A program made the position numbers and the translations under genes. Below are positions 1 through 9,831 of a stretch of 64,000 nucleotides of DNA, piece by piece. A model generated the notes under the pieces. That model did no database searches and was not told the origin of the DNA. It worked only from the letters and a program-made list of their open reading frames with translations. Origin of the DNA: Macrostomum lignano. Its lineage: Eukaryota. The DNA is taken from contig NIVC01002540.1 of NCBI GenBank assembly GCA_002269645.1, forward strand, positions 1 through 64,000. Reading direction: 5' to 3'. The first letter of the stretch is position 1. Every line of letters starts with the position of its first letter.

Positions 1-1073
1 TTTCAATAGAATCTTGATTTGTAACTCTACTAAAGGTAGTAGTGTAATCAGCTACATGTAGATTTTGAATAATTGACATATAAATAGGAATATGTATATA
101 ACGTGGTTTGTAAACTTGGGTGTTGACTCATTTGGATGATATTGTACATGTAGTAGGGTTTCGAGTTGTAATCTTGGGGTGTGCGCGCGCTGGGGATGAC
201 ACTGTAGATTAATGTGAGTGTACATGTAGAATTGGGGATAGACAATTTGGGATAGGGATTAATGTACATGGAATTAATGTACAATTTGAGATAGATAGGG
301 AATAATGTACATGGAATTAATGTACATATATGAGCACATGGATTATTACGACTACATATTTCCATATCACGCTTAGGATAGCGTTTTTGTATACTACTTA
401 CTTCATTTTCAGATAGTAGTATAATTTGCGTTTTTTGCGTCAAAACATCTGAAAACCCTGCTCTATCTGCACATTACGTAGTCACATTTACGTATAGATA
501 AAGTTTGCTAACCGCTACAGGGACTGCACCGAATTGACATCTCTGTAGTACGAGCGTATTTGTCAATTATTCTGTCATAGACCCTTATAGGCCTACTTGT
601 AGTAATAAGAAGAATGGGTTCGAGTGGGGCATGGCAAATTATGGCTGGCTGTTCCAAATTTGCCGCTGATAGCAGACAATTTTGCTTGTGAAATTCTGCT
701 TTAAATTTAATAGCTATAGTAGACGATTAGAGATTTAGTATATTTAGATTAGAATTAGAGTTCATATTCAGATTTGGATAGAGAAACAGTTCAGCTTTCA
801 AATTGAAGCAACATTCATAAATTAATTAGGGATACAATCTGGTCTTACTACGAGACAATTGAACGCATTGGCAACAGAGACCGCTAAAAAAGTTCAAACT
901 TCTGCAGGAAATTTTGTTTCGTGCGGCTTCACTTATAAAATCTATTGATTAATCACAGGCTCAAAATTATATTATTAGCATATAACTAAGTAAATCAGTA
1001 AGCACAGCAGCTCCTCTGGTGGCGTCTTCGACTGTGCCTGGTAGCTTCCAGCTTTCGGCTTCCACTTCGCAAC

Positions 1074-3642
1074 TCAGGCGCAGCTGCCAAAGCGTTTCTT
1101 CCAAAACAGCAGCAGGCCGCTGTCGCTGAGCGAGTTGCCGCCCGACTCGCCCCTGCAGCCGACGCCGGAGCAGAAGGAGCCGCCGCCGCCGCCGGCCTGC
1201 GGATACCAGCTACCGGCTCCGCCGCCGCTGAAGCCGCCACCGCCTCCGGCAGCGCCGCTTTGATGGCTGCCACCTCCGCCTCCACCGAAGCCTCCGACGG
1301 CACCCTTGTTGCCGTGTCCGGCGACGCCGCCAATCCAGCTCTCGTTGATACCGCCTCCACGATCGCCGTAGCAGGTTCTGGTCCTGGAGATGGCCACTCC
1401 CAGCCAGCCGGCTCCCAGGCCGCCCTTGAATGACCTTGATGACGGTCCGTAGCTCCCGGCTGCCCGTTCGCACCGCCGTAGCCGACGTAGGAAGCCGTGC
1501 CGACAGAGTCGGTTCCGTTTGGACCAGCCGATCCGTTCACGCCTGCGTTGAGGCCACAAAGATAGCAAAGATCGGAGCTGTGAGTCACCTAAATGCACAT
1601 GCAGTATTACATGTTGATCATAATAGCCTGTATCTGAATTTATACCCTTGTATCCGATGGAGCCACCGCCGCCTCCGCCGGCAGCCAGGTACAGCAGGTT
1701 GTCCGAGCTCCGGTACACGAAGGTGCCGCCGCCGCCGCCAGAAGCTGCGTGGTTGTAACTTTGAGTCGCGTTGCCGCCCCGCTGTCCGATCACCAGGCTG
1801 AGCTGCGTTCCCGCCGTCAGGTTGAAGCTGCCTCCGATGCGGGCGCCGAATCCGCCGGTGTAGACGGGACTGTAGGCCGGGTTGGAGCTGCCGCCTCTGG
1901 CTCCGAGCGCCTCCATGCGGTAGCAGCCGGTCTCGTTCACCGTCAGGGTCTGGATGGAGCCGGTCCTGCCCGAGCTGCTGTCTGGAATGCGGGTCAGCTC
2001 CTCTGTGAGCTCCGGTGTCGCTGTGCGATCAAAACTCACACACAAAAAGTTCATCAAAGGCCTCACTTCTATAGACGATGACGGCTTTGCTCAGATTGAA
2101 ATTTTCTGACACAAGGACCTCCTCGTCCCGTGTGGCTTTGAATTCGTTTTCGATGTCGCACTCCATGATCTTCGCATACAACGCAGGAATCGCGAACCAC
2201 CGAACCATCTGACAGACTCCGTTCTTGAAGGCCACAGCCGAGAAGCCGGAGCTGCTGGCCCTCACGGCGCACTCGGTGCTGCTTCGAGTGTCCTGGAGAG
2301 TGTGCACCAACTTGCAAACGTTCTTCTCCACCTCGAGCTTGAAGGCGGCTGAGCCAGTTGGCGCTTTCGTCAGATGAAAAGTCTCACCGGAGCTCGGGGC
2401 TGAGCCGATGAGTCCTGGAACAGTTCAGAGCGGAACAGAATGGAGGAGCTGGTCAGTTAATGAGTGGTGAAGTCATGAGTCCTGGAACAGTTCAGAGCGG
2501 AACAGAATGGAGGAGCTGGTCAGTTAATGAGTGGTGAAGTCATGAGTCCTGGACAGTTCAGAGCGGAACAGAATGGAGGAGCTGGTCAGTTAATGAGTGG
2601 TGAAGTCATGAGTCCTGGAACAGTTCAGAGCGGAACAGAATGGAGGAGCTGGTCAGTTAATGAGTGGTGAAGTCATGAGTCCTGGAACAGTTCAGAGCGG
2701 AACAGAATGGAGGAGCTGGTCAGTTAATGAGTGGTGAAGTCATGAGTCCTGGAACAGTTCAGAGCGGAACAGAATGGAGGAGCTGGTCAGTTAATGAGTG
2801 GTGAAGTCATGAGTCCTGGAACAGTTCAGAGCGGAACTGAATGGAGGAGCTGGTCAGTTAATGAGTGGTGAAGTCATGAGTCCTGGAACAGTTCAGAGCG
2901 GAACAGAATGGAGGAGCTGGTCAGTTAATGAGTGGTGAAGTCATGAGTCCTGGAACAGTTCAGAGCGGAACAGAATGGAGGAGCTGGTCAGTTAATGAGT
3001 GGTGAAGTCATGAGTCCTGGAACAGTTCAGAGCGGAACAGAATGGAGGAGCTGGTCAGTTAATGAGTGGTGAAGTCATGAGTCCTGGAACAGTTCAGAGC
3101 GGAACAGAATGGAGGAGCTGGTCAGTTAATGAGTGGTGAAGTCATGAGTCCTGGAACAGTTCAGAGCGGAACTGAATGGAGGAGCTGGTCAGTTAATGAG
3201 TGGTGAAGTCATGAGTCCTGGAACAGTTCAGAGCGGAACAGAATGGAGGAGCTGGTCAGTTAATGAGTGGTGAAGTCATGAGTCCTGGAACAGTTCAGAG
3301 CGGAACAGAATGGAGGAGCTGGTCAGTTAATGAGTGGTGAAGTCATGAGTCCTGGAACAGTTCAGAGCGGAACAGAATGGAGGAGCTGGTCAGTTAATGA
3401 GTGGTGAAGTCATGAGTCCTGGAACAGTTCAGAGCGGAACAGAATGGAGGAGCTGGTCAGTTAATGAGTGGTGAAGTCATGAGTCCTGGAACAGTTCAGA
3501 GCGGAACAGAATGGAGGAGCTGGTGCGACTGCATGCAGGTCGAGCGCTGATTATGAGCAATCTGTCGGGGGAAGCAAACGATAGAAGCAGAACTCTTACC
3601 TATTAAAAGCAGAGAAAAATGCAGTTGCATAACAGAGACCAT
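1074..3642 (-). CDS. Secreted PAN/apple-like + ALK/LTK-type glycine-rich domain protein, copy 1 (4 exons: 3600-3630/3642, 2067-2414, 1646-1981, 1074-1542; ~394 aa)
   Basis: Manual splicing at GT-AG sites gives signal peptide MQLHFSLLLIG|LIGSA, then a PAN-like segment (VCKLVHTLQDTRSSTECAVRASSSGFSAVAFKNGVC), then the glycine-rich domain motifs TGCYRMEALGARGG...GARIGGSFNL...LVIGQRGG...SGGGGGTFV...LYLAAGGGGG...GGFGGGGGG...GGGFSGG...GGGGGSF. One base is missing in the G run at ~1458 relative to copy 2; restoring it gives a continuous frame. Confidence 0.8.
2409..3524. repeat. 67-bp tandem minisatellite, ~16.7 copies, in intron 1 of the copy-1 gene
   Basis: Unit TGAGTCCTGGAACAGTTCAGAGCGGAACAGAATGGAGGAGCTGGTCAGTTAATGAGTGGTGAAGTCA; units start at 2409, 2476 etc.; copies are nearly identical. 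Confidence 0.97.
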
Positions 3643-4609
3643 GTTCACTAGTTGCAGGAACAGAGTTTGGAACTGAGGCTTGGGACAACAGGCGCATTTC
3701 AAGACAACGAGCCGAAGCTTTATTTAAACAGGCAGCCGGTTTAGCAACCGTTGCCATTGTCAACACACAGTGATTCCTTCCCGCGGATTGGCAGGCAGTT
3801 ACCTGCAAACTTCAGCTGTCCAGGTGTGGACACTGCAGGTACTTCAGTCCTGACAGCGAGTTTTAGGCAAGTGGTGTCAGTCTTTGCTAGTTAAGATGCA
3901 GCCCGCGTAAACAAAGCGAGCTCTTGCATACCTCAGCTTCTCTGCTTCATCAATCTGTCCATCAACTGGGCAGCTCCCTACCCAGAAAGTGCTTTGTCAA
4001 GCAAGCATTTATCGATTTCTTACAGGCGTCACGTGTATCTCCAGTCCAGTTTTCGCCAGAAATAAGATTTGCAAATTTGAAGTTGCGATTCTTCAAGAAT
4101 TTTCCTCAAACATTCACGGTCCCGCGAAACAGGTGCATGGAGTCTGAAGACGCTGTCACGGTGCTTGGGGGGGGGCTTGTCAAATCTGCTGTGTGATGCA
4201 GCTTGACGAGGCACTCAATGTAGATGAAAATGGACAGGACTTGGTGGTAAGAAATCTTGTTTTTGTCGATTCCCCAACACTCAATAAGAATTTCGAACTG
4301 CTGGAGAGAGAACCCCGCAAACTACTTCAAGTAGCTTAATGAGATCAATCGCACATATAGTAGCTACATGTAAAACATGTGAACGTCTCGTACTGTTCTG
4401 CCCAACTACTGAATGCATGGCGCTTCGACGCAAACTTTCAGTGTGCTTGTTCGTTTTATCATCGGTGTGTTGCAGAAGCAGGGCCTGTGTGCACCGCACC
4501 CTATGGCGCACTTTAAGCGACATTGTCACACAACCGGCGAGAGGCATTACTGCCATTCCGCCGACTCCCCTGAGCAGGCACACAAGCGCGCGGATACGTA
4601 CGCAGTCAT

Positions 4610-4847
4610 ACGCACAGACACACACTCACACAGGAGTGTACAGCGGCCCTCACTTTATTTTATCGTTAGGCATGTACACTTCACTGCGCCTTGGGGGTTG
4701 GCCCTTAAGCTGGGCGTTAATTGCACGAGCAGAGCCAAGCCGAGATTCCAATTTAGCCGCCCAAAAAATTAATGTGACTGCACTTGGAATCGAGCCTGGG
4801 TCGCTGGCACATCAGAGCGCCGCGCCAGACCACTGGGCTACGCCCCC
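4610..4847 (-). mobile_element. tRNA-derived SINE-like element
   Basis: Minus strand begins GGGGGCGTAGCCCAGTGGTCTGG (A box) ... CCAGGCTCGATTCC (B box), then a body ending in AATAAA and a TG-rich tail. A related, internally deleted copy lies on + at ~63940-63995. Confidence 0.65.
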
Positions 4848-5646
4848 CGCTGTCATGCTTAGACGACACGCGGTGGCTTTCAATAAACTCAAATTTAATT
4901 TTTGTGTAAGCATTTTTTACCAAAACGGGGAATTCTCTGACATAAACAAAAAACTGGTTCTTTGACAAAGCTGAAATAAGTTTAATAAGTTACTGCAGCA
5001 GCCTTCAGTAAAACGTACAGTTTATATGCAAGTGCTATTCTAAAGTCTTAAAGAAAATAATTCAACAGTTTATTGCCACAAGGGAAAATATTTTGTTGAC
5101 AAAAGAGTGGGTTCAGATTTCGAAAATACGATCCGTAGAAACAACAAGCAAAATTTTAAATATGAACACAGAATTTAATAAATAGTAGAAGTGTTATTAA
5201 AATATTATTAAAAAATGATGGCATTAGGTTGGCTGAAACCTATTTTGAAAATTAATTTTGCGTAATTTGATAACTGAAGGTTTACAGTTTATCATAGAGT
5301 ATAAAGCAAGGAACGTTTATCGTATGCCCAAGCGTATCGTGTGTTAATAAAGATTAACAAGAGAAAAGCCATATTTGACTTAAGTTGATTAAGTTTTTTA
5401 AACATTTAAACAGGAACAAAACATCTCATCAGCTTCAGTAGAGAACATAGCATAAATTTTAATCCGTCTCGTAAGAACTCGCAAAAGCTTTTTGAAAATA
5501 AAAATCCATCAGCTATGCAGTGTCCGCAAAGGTCAGTCAAAAACACGTGTTGGTCGAAACCTGTCCTAAACTCAAACGCCAAGTTGTCAGAGTCATCCAA
5601 ACCACAAAATTTTGTCTTTTTGCCTCCAGTAGAAGGCATGGCCGGC

Positions 5647-7063
5647 TCAGGCGCAGCTGCCAGGGCGGATCAGGCCGAACAGCAGCAGGCCGCTGTCGCT
5701 CAGCGAGTTGCCGCCCGACTCGCCGCTGCAGCCGACGCCGGAGCAGAAGGAGCCGCCGCCGCCGCCGGCCTGCGGATACCAGCTACCGGCAGCGCCGCCG
5801 CTGAAGCCGCCACCGCCTCCGGCAGCGCCGCTTTGATGGCTGCCGCCTCCGCCTCCACCGAAGCCTCCGACAGCGCCCTCGTTGCCGTGTCCGGCGACGC
5901 CGCCGACCCAGCCCTGGCTGATGCCGCCTCCGCGATCGCCGTAGCAGGTTCTGGTCCTGGAGATGGCCACTCCCAGCCAGCCGGCTCCCAGGCCGCCCTT
6001 GTATGTCCTTGTAGACGGTCCGTAGCTCCCGGGCTGCCCGTTCGCACCGCCGTAGCCGACGTAGGAAGCCGTGCCGACCGAGTCGGTTCCGTTTGGACCA
6101 GCCGATCCGTTCACGCCTGCGTTGAGGCCACAAAGATAGCAAAGATCGGAGCTGTGAGTCACCTAAATGCACTACGGTGATCACCATTAAAAGTACTTTA
6201 GAATCGTTGGTATCGTTAGAAGTGAAATCACGTTAGAAGTATCATGTTATTCTTAATTCATAGCCTGTATCTGAATTTATACCTTTGTATCCGATGGAGC
6301 CACCGCCGCCTCCGCCAGCAGCCAGGTACAGCAAGTTGTCCGAGCTCCGGTACACGAAGGTGCCGCCGCCGCCGCCAGAAGCGGCGTGGTTGTAACTTTG
6401 AGTGGCGTCGCCGCCCCGCTGTCCGATCACCAGGCTGAGCTGCGTTCCCGCCGTCAGGTTGAAGCTGCCTCCGATGCGGGCGCCGAATCCGCCGGTGTAG
6501 ACGGGGCTGAAGGCCGGGTTGGAGCTGCCGCCTCTGGCTCCGAGCGCCTCCATGCGGTAGCAGCCGGTCTCGTTCACCGTCAGGGTCTGGATGGAGCCGG
6601 TCCGGCCCGAGCTGCTGTCTGGAATGCGAAGCAGTATGCCGTAATAAGCAAATCTTTGAGGAAGTCTTATATCTCATTGAAATCTGAGCATTAGAAGGCA
6701 ACTGCTCACTTCTATATGTATTATAGGTGATGTTCCACAGGATGTTGATCTTCTGTGAAACAAAGACCATTTCACCGCTGGTGCCATTGAAGGTTGTGTT
6801 GCATTCCGGCCTGGCCAGACGGAACAGCACAGGCTCAACATGAACAGTCCTGCAGACGCCGTCCTTGAACGCCGCAGCTGCACAGCCTGAGCTGCTGCAC
6901 CGGAAAAGGCACTCAACGCTGCTGCGGATGCCCTGCAGAACTTCCACAGTCTTGCAGCTGTTCGTCCCCTGCCCCACGGTAACGACCGAGCCAGTGAGCG
7001 ACTGTGCCAGACGAAAAACTTCGCTTAAATTTGCCTCTTCGGCTGCTAACGGGCAGACGAGAC
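5647..7063 (-). CDS. PAN/apple-like + glycine-rich domain protein, copy 2 (exons 6710-7063, 6283-6618, 5647-6116; first/signal exon not located)
   Basis: Same exon structure and intron phases as copy 1. PAN-like segment SCKTVEVLQGIRSSVECLFRCSSSGCAAAAFKDGVC; glycine-rich exons nearly identical to copy 1; ends LLLFGLIRPGSCA*. Confidence 0.78.
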
Positions 7064-7317
7064 CTGGAAGTGTTTTTAGAGCAATGATACCGCTTTTGCA
7101 GAAATCATTCGTACGCTCGTAATGTTTTATTCCTTGCCTTAGAGGCAAACTCGTAGATATTGCTGAATCATTGTCGCTTTAAATATAGGAATGTACATCT
7201 CGATCTATATGTACATTGATGTCAATAAATATATCGTTCGCTGCCCCGCAGGGTTTTCGTGTTTTTGATCTCACACTGCCAAATACCGCGTGTCACAAGT
7301 GGTAGCAGAGCTCAGAA

Positions 7318-7520
7318 TGGCAGAGGGCAGCCACCGCGCGATTCCAAGAACTTTTGGCGCTCTGGCAACTTTAATGAGTGGCTGCAGCGGTTTGAGCTGT
7401 GTGCAGCAGCCAACAAGTGGACAAATGACAAACACCTGCATCTGCCAACGTTTCTGGATGGCGAGGCTCTGGTGGCCTTCCTTGAGCTCAGCGACAAGGA
7501 CAGAGCGACTACAGTCAGGT
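7318..7520 (+). pseudogene. Truncated, frameshifted Gag N-terminus
   Basis: GNFNEWLQRFELCAAANKWTND...LPTFLDGEALVAFLEL is a typical Ty3/Gypsy capsid N-terminal pattern; it breaks off after ~65 codons. Confidence 0.7.
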
Positions 7521-8799
7521 GACCAAAGACAGCACGACTCCGCCAAGATGGTCCGACAACAGACTGCGACACCTCAGCCGCATCTGGCGGAAGTTGCGAA
7601 TTCAAGACGGCCTTCTCTGCCCGGCCTTCAACGACGCTGCAAGACCGAGGGAGGTTCCCGTGATTCCGGAGTTGCTGCGGCGCCAGTTCCTGACCGACAT
7701 TCACGAGGGCATCGGCGGTCATTTCGGACCGGAGAAAATGGCCGACACGCTGAAGCAGACCGCGAGTTTCTGCCAGGAGTGCCAGAACTGCCAGCTGAAA
7801 AAGGCGCAGCGCCGGCCCGCAGCCCCTCTCGGTGAGATGCCGATCGGCAAGCCCTGGCAGACGGTGGCGATCGATGTGCTGAAGGTGCCGACATCGGACC
7901 GAGGCAACAGCTACCTACTGGTGATGCAGGACCAGTTCTCCAAGTTCCTGACCGCCGTGCCGATGCCAGATCCGACCGCCAAAACCATCGCGGACGCTGC
8001 AGTGAAAGTCTTCTCTCTGCTCGGAGTCCCGTCCGTCATCCACTCGGACCAGGGCGCGAACTTCGAGAGCGAGCTGTTCCAGGAGACGCTGAAAACACTG
8101 GGCATCAAGAAGATGCGCATTACGCCGTACCATCCGCAGGGAAATGGACTGGTGGAACGCGGCAACAAGTCGCTGCTGCAGCTGCTGAGGCTGTTCGCCG
8201 AGACTGAGTCCAGCTGGGAGGAGCAGCTGCTGCTGGTGGTCCTGTCCTACAACTACAGGGTCCACAGCTCAACCAATGTGGCGCCGCTGACGGTGATGAC
8301 CGGCCGCGACCCGCAGCTCTCGCCGGAGGTGCAGAGCAGCGAGCAGCAGTTCGACATCGGCACCTACTCAGCACTGCTGGAGCGGCGGCTGGCCCGGATC
8401 CGCGAGTTCATCGAGAAGAACCTGGTAGCCGCCGGGCAGCAGCAGAAGGCCGCTCACAACAAGAAGGCGGCGGACCTGCCGCAGTTCCCGCAAGGTGCCA
8501 AGGTGCTGCTCAGCATCGAAATGCGGCGCTCAAAGTCGGCGCCCTACTGGGAGCCGGGCTGGACGGTGCTTGAGCAGCGCGGTCACTCGGTGTGCATCCG
8601 CCGCGCCTTCGGCAGCCGGCCGGTCCGCTGGGTGCACGTGAACCGGCTGCGCAAGCGGTTCGCAGCCCAGCCCGACTCTGACCAGCTCCGTCAGCAGCCG
8701 GTGACCCACCAGGTCGCGCCGGAGACCAGCCAGACCGAGCGGCGGTACCCGGCCAGGCAGCGGCGGCCTCCGGACTTCTTTGGCGTGAGCACTGAGTGA
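7519..8799 (+). CDS. Ty3/Gypsy integrase (with end of the RH-IN linker)
   Basis: HHCC zinc finger (IHEGIGGHFG...CQECQNC, internally shortened); DDE core VAIDVL / HSDQGANF / NGLVER; C-terminal RYPARQRRPP. No PR, RT or RNase H upstream. Confidence 0.85.
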   Translation: MTKDSTTPPRWSDNRLRHLSRIWRKLRIQDGLLCPAFNDAARPREVPVIPELLRRQFLTDIHEGIGGHFGPEKMADTLKQTASFCQECQNCQLKKAQRRPAAPLGEMPIGKPWQTVAIDVLKVPTSDRGNSYLLVMQDQFSKFLTAVPMPDPTAKTIADAAVKVFSLLGVPSVIHSDQGANFESELFQETLKTLGIKKMRITPYHPQGNGLVERGNKSLLQLLRLFAETESSWEEQLLLVVLSYNYRVHSSTNVAPLTVMTGRDPQLSPEVQSSEQQFDIGTYSALLERRLARIREFIEKNLVAAGQQQKAAHNKKAADLPQFPQGAKVLLSIEMRRSKSAPYWEPGWTVLEQRGHSVCIRRAFGSRPVRWVHVNRLRKRFAAQPDSDQLRQQPVTHQVAPETSQTERRYPARQRRPPDFFGVSTE

Positions 8800-9831
8800 G
8801 AGACAGAGACCGGTGTGGACTGTTCTTTTATTGCATCTGTTGTAGCTGGTTGTCTTTTTGTGCTACCGTTTGATTTTATTACCTCATTTGCTTTTACTCT
8901 TTTTGTTGGGGGGAAAATGGGAAATTTCTTGCCTTAGAGGCAAACTCGTGGATATTGCTGAATCATTGTCGCTTTGTATATAGGAATGTACATCTCGATT
9001 TATATGTACATTGATGCCAATAAATATATCGTTCGCTGGGTTTTCGTGTTTTTGATCTCACACTGCCAAATACCGCGTGTTACAATTATACGGTATTAAA
9101 ATGAACTTACGGACAGCACTTTTTCTTGCTCTTTCTCATATTTTAAACAAAATGTCAATCATGGATTTTGAGCTGTTCTATCAGAACCGTGACTTTTTGG
9201 TAGTATTCAGAATTCGCATTCTTACCTATCAGAAGCAGAGCGAGCACCAAATTCAAGGCAGAATTCATACTCAATTGCTGCAGGTAAAAACGCTGGTGAA
9301 ATCACTTGAGATAGGAGCAGACAGTCGCACATGTCGCTCATTTGCCCTCAGTTTTTAAAGGCGAGCTAGGCCTCTTAGGCCGAGCTAAAACTGGGGTGTT
9401 GGGAAGCTAATCGTTGCCATGCCAACCGATCGGGGCTCCAAACAACAGCTGACTGGCTAAGAGGGCCGTTGGGGCAGAAACATGGAGGCCTCACCCCATT
9501 GACTCTGAGAGGGATCAACTCCTGGGAGTCGACATAGAAGCAACATAGTTTTCGAACAATTTTATATAGCATTTAACAAAATGCTTTCGTAAGCCACAAC
9601 AATACACCAGAGACCAATGGGCGAGATTAAAAAACTAGAAATTCTTCTCAGCATGAGCTATTGTCAGATTGAATTTGAATTTTAATGATTTAAATCAGAT
9701 TGATCGAACAATAAAAACAAAAATTTTCACGGTAACTTTCCGAAAATTGGGGCTTATAACAATATTTAGGTCGATTCACTGGGATTTAAAGTGTGAAGCT
9801 GAGCGCTTGATGCGCTACGGTATTGACCGGT

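Larger units (their letters stand above)
7123..9084 (+). mobile_element. Internally deleted (non-autonomous) Ty3/Gypsy LTR retrotransposon
   Basis: Direct repeats of ~170 bp (7123-7297 and 8918-9084, ending CA; several substitutions and an 8-bp indel). PBS TGGTAGCAGAG at 7300-7310 is complementary to the initiator tRNA-Met 3' end. Polypurine tract GGGGGGAAAA precedes the 3' LTR. Interior is a short gag fragment joined to integrase. No clear TSD. Confidence 0.85.

Noticed and set aside
2409-3524. Regular repeat arrays (also 9832-12668, 25196-26272, 45957-46620) as CRISPR arrays
   Set aside because: Units are contiguous with no unique spacers, there are no cas genes, and the context is eukaryotic.
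3900-4260. Coding-like minus-strand segment (SRFDKPPPKHRDSVFRL...)
   Set aside because: Interrupted by stops, with no recognisable family or reliable splice pattern.
4785-4847. Functional tRNA gene
   Set aside because: A and B boxes are present, but there is no complete acceptor stem or cloverleaf, and it continues into a SINE-like body.
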